A DNA stretch of 64,000 bases from Scyliorhinus canicula (Eukaryota): assembly GCF_902713615.1 (NCBI RefSeq), contig NC_052149.1, positions 212,329,623-212,393,622 of the forward strand, given 5' to 3'. How positions within the stretch are numbered: the stretch's first letter is position 1; the number at the start of each line of letters is the position of its first letter. Below are positions 12,200 to 23,855 of the stretch, one piece after another. Below the pieces are notes generated by a model. That model ran no database searches. It saw nothing but the letters and a program-made list of their open reading frames with translations, and was not told where the DNA came from. The translations under genes and the position numbers were made by a program.

Positions 12200-13701
12200 G
12201 GGAGAAGCCCTATGAGGTCGTCCGCTCCTCATATAATTTTAGTTGCGTCCAATGTTTCCACACTTCCCCTTATGGCCTGGCAGGCACAGGTGTCTCCACT
12301 AATTATAATCTTGTAAGGCCCGCTCCATTTTGGGGCGAACCCTGGTTTACTGGGCAGGATTCTTACCATGACCTTACTACCCGCCAGGGGAACACCATCC
12401 GCCATCGTGAGCTCTTAAGCCCGGTCCTTATTTTCCCAATTGTCACGAGCATTCTTTTGAGTTGTGTACTCATCTCCGGAACGTACCGTTTTAATCCATC
12501 TTTTAGGGGACCCACATTAGCCCCATCTGTTATGATGCCTTCTGGTAATTGCATCGCTCTTCCTGTCATTAGTTCATAAGGGGTTAAGCCTGTGGGTCAG
12601 TTTCCCGTGGCCCGCAGTTTCATTAAGATAATAGGCAATACTTCGGTCCAGTTTTTCCCTGACGTCTGTATTGCCTTTGCTAGCGCATTTTTAAGTGTTT
12701 GATTCATCAGCTCCACCATTCGAGCTTTGGGGACGGTAGGAAATGTGAAATTTCTGCTTTATTCCCATTAAATGGGCACACTGTTTTTATAGCACTTCCG
12801 GTAAAATGGGTACCCTGGTCTGAGTCTATTTGAATAGGCACTCCCCATCGAGGAATTACTTCTTCATCTAAGAATCTGGCGACTGTCAAGGCGGTACAAT
12901 TCTGCGTAGGGAAAGTCTCCACCCATCAGATGAATTGATCGATAATCACTAGGCAGTACGTTTTGCCATGTAATGGTGGCAGGGGACCTGTAAAATCTAT
13001 CTGCAAGTGTTCCCATGGTCCCCGTGGTTTGGGTTGGTGTCCCATTCTGACTTTTATGGGTCACCCCAGATTATACTGGGCACAGGTGACGCACCGATTA
13101 CAGTATTGTGCAACATCTCCCCCCATTCCTTTCCACCACCACTCCCTTCCCAGGCTCCCTATCATGGCTTCCCTGCCAGAGTGTCCAAGCCCGTGGTGGA
13201 GCTCCAATAAAGCATGTTGAGTACATTTTGGGGGCCATTACCCAATTATCCTTTCGCCAAACATCACTACCTTTCTCCGCGCCTTGCTTTTCCCACGTAC
13301 CTCTTTCTCCGTCAAGTGTGTCCTCATGAAGTTCTTTAATATGTATCTCTTTCAGTGTGGTCCACAAGGGCGATCAGTGCTTCCGCAACCTCTTTCTGTT
13401 CTAACGCCTTTTGCGCCGCTATGTCTGCGGCTTGATTCCCCTGGTGATTTATCCAGTCCATGCTGTTCAGAGGGAACCGGACCTGATGTGCCTCAATTTT
13501 AATCACTGCTACCTGTTGGGGTTTGTTACTAGCCTCAGGGGCTTCTATTCTCAACTGATGTTTTATAGGGTTACCTCCTCTTGTAATAAATCCCCTCCTA
13601 CCCCAAGCAGTCATGTACGACTCCAAAAGCATACCTACTGTCTGTATAAATGTTCACTGTCTTGTTTTCTCTGATAACTCCAGCGCTTTGGTGAGCGCCA
13701 T
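12200..13701 (-). pseudogene. pol: ERV pol remnant: C-terminal RNase H plus integrase
   Basis: ALTKALELS..VNIYTDSRYAFGVVH and HQGNQAADIAAQKA (RNase H). PWEHLQIDFTGPLP, IPRWGVPIQIDSDQGTHFTG and WTEVLPIILM (integrase). Multiple frameshifts. Confidence 0.88.
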
Positions 13702-14912
13702 CCCCTATACTCTGCAGCGGATAGGCTATTTTGGCCTCTAGGTGGCTTATCACGTTTGCTGAAACAGGCAGCTTCCAGATGGCCCCGTTTATTACAATAG
13801 TTACGTTGTTTCTCAACCTTATTGCCCTTGCATTTCTTCGCGAAAAGGCCCACTTTTCCACAATTGTGGCTTGGCCCTTTCTTGGGCTTCACTCCAGTCT
13901 CCCACTTGGCCACGGCAGCCACCTTTTCCCGTTTTACCTTAACTCTGTCAGCGTCTTCACCAGCGCACCCATCTACCCCGCGCACCCATTCCACTAAGTC
14001 ATCATAGTTCCTGGCAGTCACTACCCCCAGTTTAATGATGACCTGATGTTTACTTGACAAGCTGGCCTTGAAGACTTGTATGAACGTCGGGTCTGTCCTA
14101 ATAGCGTTGGCTTGGCCCGAACTTTCTTCACGAACAGTAAATAGCCGTTCCCCATATTCTGACGCTCCCTCGCCTTTTCTTTGTTTGGTGGTAGTGATCT
14201 TACTCCAGTTTGTGGGTGAATCACCCAAGGCTCGATTGGACTTCCGCCTTAAAAAAGGGGAAAAGCCGGCTGTTGGACATTTTTCTCATCTGTGAGAGGC
14301 AGTGTGGGTCCAGCCCCCCCCCCCCCCCCCCCCCCAGCTAAAATCCTGGGCTGCAGCAACTGCAGGACCACCGGCCACAAGTCGCCACTTGTCCACCGGA
14401 CATGCTGCCCTTACTAGTTGGTGAATGCCTCTTTGGTGCAGTTGGTGACCCACACAGACAGCATTGAATTCCACCCAAAAGTTTACATTCGGATTTGCCA
14501 AGGTACTCCCTCGGCTCACGGGTGCCACATCGACCGTCTCCTCACTAAGAGGGGCAGTTGGTTCTATACTATCATATGGGGGCAGGGAGGTCATGTCCGG
14601 ACACAACCCCATTCTTCCTCCCCCCCCCCCCCCATATAATTTATACTTAATTCCTTTATGATTTTTTTTTGACAATTCACTCATCTCTAGTTCTGTCTTC
14701 TTCTGTTTTACCACATTTACTTGTTCTATTAGTCCTGACAATTGATGTCCCAAAATCATGTCTTTAGTTGGTTGCCAATCTCTCTGTAGTTCCAAAGTAT
14801 GTGATACGTCTCAGCCATTCTTCTGCATATTTGTAATTAACGACTGTCAGTCTGTCATACAAGAGTTGATCAGGGAGCCCTGGGACCCTCTTTTAACTTC
14901 TTTCGCAGCCAT
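13702..14912 (-). pseudogene. gag: ERV gag
   Basis: ATG at 14912 is in frame with ORF 14286-14795. LPPY/PTAP late-domain motifs, MHR-like QRKGEGASEYGERL, and two degenerate CCHC knuckles (HNCGKVGLFAKKC; NYCNKRGHLEAAC). Stops and homopolymer frameshifts. Confidence 0.85.
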
Positions 14913-15507
14913 TATTAATTTATCTAGCCTCCCTGTGTGATTGGTGAATGTTTATATCAGACAGTCCCCCTATTCTTTCCTACCGAAAATACATGTACTT
15001 CTTATAGTACACACGGCAAGGTTCTCAGAGGTCCGGCAGCATCCTCCTCCGTTCCAGAGAAAATCCAGATGTGTAACTCTTGCCTCCGCGGATGGTTTCC
15101 ACCACACCCCACGTTTCTCTCCGGTTTACCTGATCAGGGCCTCACAATAGCCCGTAACAGCCTCCTCGAACAGGCGCCGGAATGTGGCGACTAGGGGCTT
15201 TTCACAGTAACTTCATTTGAAGCCTACTCGTGACAATAAGAGATTTTCATTTTTTTTTTTCCAACATCGTTCTTTAACATACCTCCATCAATCACCTCTC
15301 TCACCTGTAAAAAATCTCATTTGTTAATTCTCAACGCCGCAGTATCATATTAAAGTTAAACTACTTCTCTCATTCACATGGTATTATTTTGGTTCTTCCG
15401 GGGCCACGTCCAGGATCAATTGTCTTGCCGAGTCTTTAATTTCTGGGTGGTCAAAGTTTGACTACTCACCCCGTTCACTGACCCAAACGACTGCCCAGTT
15501 CCATGAC

Positions 15508-15525
15508 ACCCTGCTGACTACGCCA
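15508..15525 (-). promoter_or_regulatory. ERV primer-binding site, tRNA-Ser
   Basis: Minus strand TGGCGTAGTCAGCAGGGT, 3 nt from the LTR end, closely matches the complement of the vertebrate tRNA-Ser 3' end (..TCCTGCCGACTACGCCA). Confidence 0.8.
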
Positions 15526-15528
15526 TAT

Positions 15529-16159
15529 TGTAGGTGAAAATATTCATGAATAGACCGTTGAGGGAATAAAGAAGCAATTTATTAATTTTCAGAGCTCTGG
15601 GAGAAAAGGCCTTTGACCCCCACGGTCTGTGCAGCACCTTTTCTCGCCTGAGCGGAGGTCGCACTGGGTTGATTTACAGAAGGGAAGTGGAATTAGTTTG
15701 CATTCACATTTACATACACCCAATCAATTCGGTTTGTGTCACAATTCATAACATGCATCATCAATGCCATAAATGGCTACAAGTTAGCTCCTATAGCCTC
15801 GAATTGGCAGTTTGCCTTACCTGATCAATTCATTTCATAGATAACGGTTACATAAAGTCATGGGTCGATAGTCCAGCCACGTTGAAACATGTCCTTACTC
15901 ATTCCTTGCTAGTTCCTTAATTTGGGGCCCCTTTGTCAGTTGCAAATAGCTAAGAATACAGACATTGGGCAAAGGTTGCCAACGGCCCATTGTCTCTCCG
16001 GATGCATCTGGTTGTGGATCATTTGTTTGACAAAGCTGTACTACTTCAGCAGAAGACACTGATAATAACAGAAGGTCAAGAACATTGACAGAGTCCATTT
16101 TATATCAGGCGGCATCCATTTTGTATCTTCTGTAGTCCATTGGGAATTCTACCTCTTCA
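15529..16159 (-). repeat. ERV 5' LTR (631 bp)
   Basis: Minus strand TGAAGAGG...CACCTACA (TG..CA), minus-strand AATAAA at ~15578-15583, adjacent to the PBS. Confidence 0.9.
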
Positions 16160-17939
16160 CTAATCCATTCTATTGCTATATCTTTCTGTTGTAATTCCGT
16201 CAATTTTCTTGAACTAAAAATATCCACCTCATCCTCCACCTGTTCTTTTTCAACCATCCGTTCAAAAATCGTTCCTGATAATTGCACTTCAACTTTATCT
16301 TCACTCTTTGATTTCTCCTCGTCTTAACCTGTGACTTTGCGACCTTGTTACTACATAATCCTGAAAAATCCAAGGATATTCATCCTTCAACAGTTAGTTG
16401 TCTTATTTTCCACTGGCATATCAACCACTGAAGGCATCACTCCCACCTGCGATCCAGCTATATCATTACCCAAGATAAACTGTATTACTGGACAAGATAG
16501 CTTCTCTATTACTCCTACTACCCACTTCACCACTCTTCACTGGACTTTCCAACCTTACATAATGGAAGACTACTCCTCTCACCCCGAATTCCACATATTA
16601 CCACCTTTTCTGGCAACATTCTTCCTAAACTACATAACTCCTCATCTCTTACCATTAAAGATTGACTAGCTCCCGTATGTCTTAAACTTGTGACTTCTTT
16701 ACCTGCTCCTCCTGATACACATGAGTAAACTTTACCCACACAAGAAAATTCTTTAAAGAGATCTGGCACCTTCTTGTCAATCACCTCTTGATCAGGCTGT
16801 ACAATCTTTTGCACCTTCTTCGCTTCACTTGGGCTTTCCTTTGCCACTTTAACAAACCCCAGTCTTATCCTGTTTTACCACATCAGCCATCCCAGTGCTT
16901 TTCTTCAACCACCAACACTGTGACTTTACATGGCCTAGTTTATTACAGTGAAAACATTTGAAATTTATCATGTCTCTTCCACCCTCCTGGATTTCTTTTT
17001 TAATCTGAGGTACACTCTCCTTATTATCTCACATCAATCACCTTTACCACGAGTATTTTTCCATGTCCCCAGTTTCTATCCCTCACAGGCCGAAACTGAT
17101 GTTGGAAACCAAGCTTTGATTTATGAACTAATTCATAATCATCTGCCATTTCTGCTGTTAACCTCGCAGTTTTAACCCTCTGCTCTTCCACATGAGTTCT
17201 CACTACATCAGGAATTGAATTTTTAAACTCAAAAGTATAATTTCTCAGAGCTTCATACGCTTTGTCTATTTTCAAAGCCCTTATCCACCTATCAAAATTA
17301 CTCTGTTTGAGTCTTTCAAACTCCATGTATGTTTGACCAAATTCTTTCCTTAAATTACTAAATCTTTGTCTGTCGGCTTCAGGCACTAGTTCATATGCAC
17401 CCAAGATGGATTTTTTCACCTCCTCATACGTTCCAGATACCTCCTCCGGTAGTGATGCAAACACTTCACTCGCCCTACCTACCAGCTTTGTTTGAATCAG
17501 TAATACCCACATGTCCTGTGGCCATTTCATTTGCTTAGCTACCTTCTCAAATGAAATGAGAAAGGCTTCTATCTCCTTCTCAAACATTGGCAATGCTTGG
17601 ACATATTTAAATAGATCCCCACCAAGCCTTAAAATACGACGCTCTTTCTCACTATCATCCAATTGTACGCGTCCCTTTACGCCTGCCAATTGTTTATTGA
17701 TTAGCTCATCACCTTTGGGTTTGCTCCCTCGACCTTGAAGAGGCACTGTGGCTTTAAAAGGATGTGGGTTAGGGTTATCCAGCCGTTCACTTGGTGTCAC
17801 TTCAGTCCTCATTGTCCTCATCATGACTAACTGATGCCATCATATATACTTTCCTTCAAAGCAAACAGGCTCTGGGAAATATTTGCACCTAAAGTACTGG
17901 CAATGGGTTTACTATTATAGGCAGTAACAAATTACCTTT

Positions 17940-20900
17940 CAAGTCCAATTTGCTTTCTTCTTTCCTAGCTTTGAAAGAATTATTTGCTATTTGTTGAGGA
18001 GTTAGTGGTAGAGATCTATTTGGTAACAGCTCCTCGCCTCAATCGTAATCCAAACTCTTGTCTGACTCTTCAACACACGATTACTATTAGATTTGAACTC
18101 CTGTTTCTTATGGTCACCTTGGTCTTTGAATTCTCAGAATCTGGCTCACTATCATGATCACTTTTAGGTAATCAATGTCTTTCAACATTTCTTTTGTCAC
18201 TTACTGCTCACCAAATGGCCTACTGTTGGAATCTCATGTGCTAGGTACAGTACTTGTCTCAGACTCTTGTAATCATGGTGAAGTTACAACCTTCACTCCT
18301 GCCAAATAATTCCCCAAAAGTCAGTCTACTCAGTCTACTCTGTCCACTGGAATTCCTTAACCACTCCGACAATGACTGGGCCAGACACCAAATCACACTA
18401 CAATTGTAGCTTATACAATGGAACTGGGATATAATCTCTACCTATCCCCTCCCCTTCACTAAAACCTCAGCTTTGCTTTAATGGAGTTATCTGGAGGGAA
18501 AACTAAATCCATCGCCATTACGAGAGCTTTGAGTAGCCTGTGTCCCTTAAGATAGTTATGGGTTTGGCTACATCAGTTGAAGAAAATGGGATGACCTTCC
18601 TCTTAGACAAAAACACAGCATATTTCTTATCAACCTCATGTCTCCAAAGTCCAGTTAAAACTTCAGTCTGCCCTCTAGTATTTTTCCACTTCTGTTCCCT
18701 TCTCAGAATCTCCCTTACAAACTGCAAGTCCCACAGGCTTTCCTTGTAACTTCCAACATGCTGAACGAACATGTTCCACCTTGTTACAATGGCAACTTCC
18801 AAGTCTCACCTTTACCCTCAGTACCTTCCTTCCTGGTCTGAGGAGATCTCAGAGAATTCTCTGCAATCCATTTTCTACCTTGGCTACTTGCCTTCCTTTC
18901 ACTCATCCACTTATGGGAGTGACTGAACAAAGGTTTAAAGTTATAGTTTAGTTCATAATCATCAGCCATAACTGCTGCCTGCCGAGCAGTCTTCGCCCTC
19001 TGGTTTTCAACATGGGTTCTTACTGTAGGTGGTAGGGAATTCTTAAATTCCTCTAAGAGAATTACCTCTCTTAGAACCTCATTAGGTAGTTTCAACTGCC
19101 AATGCTCATATCCACCCATTCTAACCCTTTCAAATTCTGCACAAGTCTGTCCCGACTATCTCCTTCAGATGCATTCAGAATAATTTTACCTCAATTCTTA
19201 AGACACCCACTCTGACAGGGAAGCATAAATGTCCTGTGCCCACCCTGTCAATTTACTCCATGGATATTGTCTACTTTTCCCTGAGCCACTCCATTTGGGC
19301 TGCTATTTTCTCAAAATCCCAAAAACAAGGTTTTTAACCTCCTTCTCATCAACATTTGGGAGGGCCTGTACATATTTAAATTCATTACCTCTGGGATTAA
19401 GCTCCTCTCTACTTTCTGGCAACTTCCCACTCATTTCCAGTGCCTCAGGATGAAAATCTTTCTCCAATTCCAACTTCCCTCACTTCAATCCCCAATTCTT
19501 CGCCTTTTTCCTTCTGCTTTCTCTATTACTTTTTGCTTCAACTCCAATTGTTTCATTTGTAACAGGGTTTTAGCCAAGTCTACTGATTGTTTCCATTTCT
19601 CTCAAATTTAAATATTATCTCCACCTTCTTAGCTCTCGCCGATGTTCGTCACCTACCAATTCGACTAGCTGGTCTTTGTGGAGCTCTTTTAAATAAAACA
19701 GAGTTAAGTCTTCCACCTAAAGAAAACTTAGTTTCCAGAGCCATCCTGTTATACTATAACAAAACTGGTGTCTCTTAATTTACACTAACCCAAATCCACC
19801 ATCTACCAATCCCAAGATCCCAGACCCAAGCCCCAAATTGTGACAACACCCTGGTGAAATGCACAGTCAATTCCAGCCCCACTATCGCAGAGTCACAACA
19901 CAAATTATTAACCAATAATTCCTGAAGTATTTGGCCCTTAATTTGTCCAATAATTACAATCACCAGGTTACTGTTTATTTATAACAAAAACTATGATAAA
20001 ATATTTGGAGTCTTTGCTTCCAATTGTGCTTCTTTAGCAGGTTTTCCTCACAGCACCCTTGCTGATAAAGTCCTTGGTTTGCAGCCTGTAATGATGGATT
20101 TAGAAGTGTATCACTCTACTTTGAGGCCCATTGTTTCAAACCAAACTTTGCTTGCACTTTATGGTTTACTTCCCTTTTCTGAAGGGAGAGAATGTCGGTC
20201 AGTTTACATCAGCCTTTTCTGCAGAGAGAGTTGTTCGGTTCTCCCCTGCTTGCACAGCCTGTAATGGTTCTCCTGTACCTAGATTTATCCAGGCGCCCTA
20301 ACTGTTCAGAAACACAGCGGGCGCGATTCGCCGCAAATGCGGAGAGTTGTGAAGGCTGCCATGAAAACGGCCGTGTTTCACGACAGCCTCCGCGCCCCCA
20401 CCCGGGACCTAATTCTGCTCCCCGGTCGGGGCTAGCATCGCGGCCCCGTGAACTACGGCATCGCGGGCTTAACGAATTTTGCTAAGCCCACGCGCCAAAG
20501 TTAGCGACGGCTGACACATATGATGACGTCAGCCGCGCATGCGCGGATTGGACGACTCCAACCCACGCATGCGCGAATGACGTCATCCGCGCATGCGCGG
20601 TCCGTAATGCCCCTCAGCCGCCCCACGGACTGATCCAGCGGGACGGCGGAGTAACAAGAGTGCACAGGGTAAGTACCGGCTGCCTGCGATCAGTGCCCAC
20701 TGATTGCGGGCCTATGCCACCCTTGGCACGGCCGTGGTGCGGCCGTGCCAATCGGCGGCATGGTTGTGCAGAACGGCACTTTGGCGCCGTTTTCATGAAC
20801 TTGTATAGCAGGTGTATTCAAATTCATGAAAATGGCCGTAAGGGCCTTGGAAATCGGCCCATCGACCAGGGGAGAATCGCTGCTCGCCGTAAAAAAACGG

Positions 20901-21336
20901 CAAGTAACGATTCGTGTCGGGGGGTGGGAGAATAGCGGGAGGGCGTCGGACCAGCGTCGCCGTAAAAATTTGCGCCGCCCGCTATTCTCGGCCCCGTCGT
21001 GAGAATCACGCCCAGCCTTTCTGGAGAAAAACAGAGAAGGAAAAAGGATGGCAGTCCTTCATCAGACCTGCCAGGTGCCAAATTGAAATCAAACCTCAAA
21101 GCTGTGAAAGAGGATCAAATCCAACCACTGGCCATTACCATGCAGAGTACAGCCTTTTGGGCCAATTCAATCAAACCAAGGCCATCACTGATGGCGGATT
21201 CTCAGTCATTGGCGCTGGACCATCTGCAATCACCAATTTAAATTAACAGTCTTCTGGATCCTTCTGTTTGAATTAAAAGCACAGGCTGCTTTGCCTCAAG
21301 TCACAGGTCCAATAAACATCCATGGATCATGTAACA
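17940..21336 (-). mobile_element. Second Gmr1-type gypsy relic: 5' LTR (19839-21336), tRNA-Pro-like PBS, gag and PR fragments
   Basis: Gag LREVILLEEFKNSLP..VRTHVE..MADDYEL, protease ILRDTG, PBS TTGGGGCTTGGGTCTGGGAT (19817-19836) next to a TG..CA-bounded LTR. Confidence 0.7.
20319..21013. mobile_element. 695-bp CpG-rich PIF/Harbinger-like MITE inserted in the LTR
   Basis: TIRs GGGCGCGATTC / GAATCACGCCC, 3-bp TSD AGC (20316-20318 / 21014-21016). The TIR resembles that of the Harbinger element at 39071. Confidence 0.8.
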
Positions 21337-21659
21337 GCATAAATAAATGAATGAGAAATAAGGGAATAAACAGGAACAAAAAATAAGGACCCTTACAATA
21401 TCTGAGCCATGGCCCCAGCCTCCATATGTAAATTCGTAGTTAGGTCACTAATCAGCTCTACTCATTTTACCATTTATTTGTCGAGATTCTGCAATGTGTG
21501 ACTGGTTGCTAATTTGCCAAAGCCTCTCCACCATAAAGAAGGTAGAAGGTCAAGATATGGGGAAGATACTCTCAACTGGCTTGGCAGAATGGAGTTCCAA
21601 CAACAGTCAAATAGTTCAACACCATTCTTTCCCCCTTCCCCCACCATGGACTCCCTCCA

Positions 21660-21792
21660 CCATTAGTGGCTTCACCCGAGGAAGGAGCCCTACTGGGAAA
21701 GCTAGTGTTTGAAACAAGCCTGTTGGACATTAATCTGGTGTTGTAAGACTTCTTACTGTGCTCACCCCAGTCCAACGCCGGCATCTCCATCA
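21660..21792 (+). mobile_element. Penelope-like terminal repeat fragment with a degenerate minimal hammerhead core
   Basis: CAC-CCGAGGA-(stem II)-GAAA-GC-TA-GTG, followed by CCTGTTGGAC..CTGGTGTTGT..CCCCAGTCCAAC, a repeat typical of shark genomes. Confidence 0.55.
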
Positions 21793-22039
21793 CAAGGACA
21801 GGCCCTGCCAGTGACACCCACCTCCTTCAAAACAAAAAACATTCTTGCAACGTTTACTAGAAACCAAAGCAGGAAAGGCTCGGCGGCACCTGTGGAGAAA
21901 GAAAAACAATTATAACTTCAGGCGAGCTGCCGAGAGAACTATTACCACCAATTTTGAAACAAAACGATCACGAAGTAGGTAACGGTTCATGTTAAAGAAA
22001 CACTTTCAAGTAACTCACAATAGTCATGTAAGAGGTTGC

Positions 22040-22475
22040 AGCAGCTGGTAAACATTAACAGGGGGAGGGGTGGGATCAGGAGCCTCGAAAATGGGTTTGT
22101 AGGAGCTTGAGATCAATGGAGGAATTAGTCACAAGACAGCTGACCTGCACTGCACTGCACTAAGGCATTAATAATAAGACAAGGAATCACTAAAGGTGTA
22201 TCGGGGGGGGGGGGGGGGTGTCAGGATTCACTAAATTCCCTTTTAAAGCCATAACAAATAATTACAAAATCTTACCTGATAGCCTTCATCATGAACTGTT
22301 TCTGGTTTGTGATCAGGACTGCGACTATATTGCCACCTTGATATATAAATAACCATTTTTTGCGTGTCAAGTTGTTGTTTTGCGGATTAGTAAATTATGT
22401 CTCTTAATGAGCTTAACAAGATGATCTTAACAAGATCGGTGCGCCTGGATCCCGTTAGAGGCTCTTTATAAGCGT
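22040..22475 (+). promoter_or_regulatory. Putative GDF9 proximal promoter
   Basis: E-boxes CAGCTG (22042-22047, 22137-22142), TAATTA (22259-22264) and TATA-like TTTATAA (22465-22471) upstream of ATG 22554. Motif presence only. Confidence 0.4.
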
Positions 22476-22553
22476 CAGAGACCATGTATCTTCACTTCTA
22501 CAGAGCTGAATGACTTCATCAACGGGTTGGGTTAGCCTGCAGCCCCAAGAACT

Positions 22554-22893
22554 ATGTGCCTTGTAAAAGGTGTCGTTATGTGTCTTCACTGCAGTGTTTG
22601 GCTAGTGTTCTTGAGCAACTATGTCGCTGCCACCACTCGAATCAGCTCCGCCGGTCCAGGGGTAACCCAAAATCCCGAGGATTATATTGCGGTTCCTCTT
22701 CTAGAAGCGTTAATGGAGAAAACCGGCTGGGAACACCGGGTTCCTACAAGACCCGATGCAAAGTATCTAAAATATATGAAAAGATTATACACTATGTCCG
22801 CTACGCAGGATGGAATACCAAAAAGACCCGCAGATCATCGATATAATACTGTGAGGTTATTAACACCGCGAATTGAATCCCGTGATACGGAAG
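22554..22893 (+). CDS. GDF9: Growth differentiation factor 9, coding exon 1
   Basis: Hydrophobic signal peptide and the GDF9 prodomain motif YLKYMKRLY...GIPK...YNTVRLLTP. Donor G|GTAAGG, phase 1. The start could also be ATG 22578. Confidence 0.92.
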
Positions 22894-23154
22894 GTAAGGT
22901 CAAGTTTAGATGGAGACACAAGCGTTTCAAACGATTTATTTCACACCAGACACCTCGGGTGTTCATTCACTACACAGTCCATCCCTCAACCGTCCTGTTT
23001 ACAAGGTTCTGGATTTAGAATTGGCTATTGTGATTCGCAGATCGATTAGGATTGTCAGTGTGTTAAACCAGTTTCCATATTGTGCCTTTGCAGATTCTTT
23101 CTCTATAAATGTATTGTCCAGTCAAACTTTCAACGGGCAGGAGGTCTCTTTAAG

Positions 23155-23855
23155 ATAGAACATAGAACAGCACAGAACAGGCCCTTCGGCCCTCAATGTT
23201 GTGCCGAGCAATGATCACCCTACTCAAACCCACGTATCCACCCTATACCTGTAACCCCTTAACCTTACTTTTTAGGACACTATGGGCAATTTAGCATAGC
23301 CAATCCACCTAATCCGCACATCTTTGGACTGTGGGAGGAAACCGGAGCACCCGGAGGAAACCCACTCTCACGGGGAGGACGTGCAGACTCCGCACAGACA
23401 GTGACCCAGCTGGGAACCGAACCTGGGACCCTGGAGCTGTGAAGCATTTATGCTAACCACCGTGCTGCCCTAAATATTGAACTCTTAAATTGCAAGATGA
23501 CGTTGGTGGACTTTTTTTAAATGTCTAGTTTGCTTAGCCCTTGGGTCCATCTTGTGTTCTAACACTTGGGTCCAGAGGGTGGACAGGTGAGAGCCTTTTC
23601 CCTTGGATGGTGATTGCTAGCACGAGGGGATGTAGCTTTAAATTAAGGAGCGCTAGATATAGGACTGATGTCAGATGGATTCTTTAGAGTAGATGGGGCA
23701 TGGCATGCCCTGCCTGCAACAGCAGTGGACTAGCCAACATTAAGGGCATTTAAATGGTCATTGGATAAACATATGGATAATAATGGAATACTGTAGATGA
23801 GCTGTTGGTTTCGCAGGTCGGTGCAACATCGAGGGCCGAAGGGCCTGTACTGCAC
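23155..23855. mobile_element. HE1 SINE (-, ~23155-23470) and CR1 3' end (+, ~23575-23855) in the GDF9 intron
   Basis: V-domain and tail. CR1 3' motif ACATCGAGGGCCGAAGGGCCTGTACTG. Confidence 0.8.

Larger units (their letters stand above)
9641..16159 (-). mobile_element. Endogenous retrovirus: LTR-gag-[PR/RT deleted]-RNaseH-IN-env-LTR
   Basis: Two homologous LTRs, a PBS, a PPT and recognisable gag, RNase H, integrase and env peptides (see sub-features). Confidence 0.92.
8260..17700 (-). mobile_element. Gmr1-type Ty3/gypsy retrotransposon relic (gag-PR-IN order), split by the ERV
   Basis: Gag with SCAN-like capsid (EAFLISFEKVAKQMKWP..LVGRA..YEEVKKSILGAYELVPEA, ~17024-17650), CCHC knuckle CFHCNKLGHVKSQC (~16915-16960) and protease LRHTGASQS (~16670). 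Left of the ERV: integrase HHCC (AHEVPVGRHLG), core (LIDCVGPLP; IQSDQGSNF; ERWHQTLK) and GPY motif (~8600). Frameshifts and stops throughout. Confidence 0.85.

Noticed and set aside
22894-23018. ORF-track extensions of GDF9 and UQCRQ exons beyond their splice sites (also 24214-24286 and 36451-36560)
   Set aside because: Read-through into introns. Homology stops at canonical GT/AG sites.
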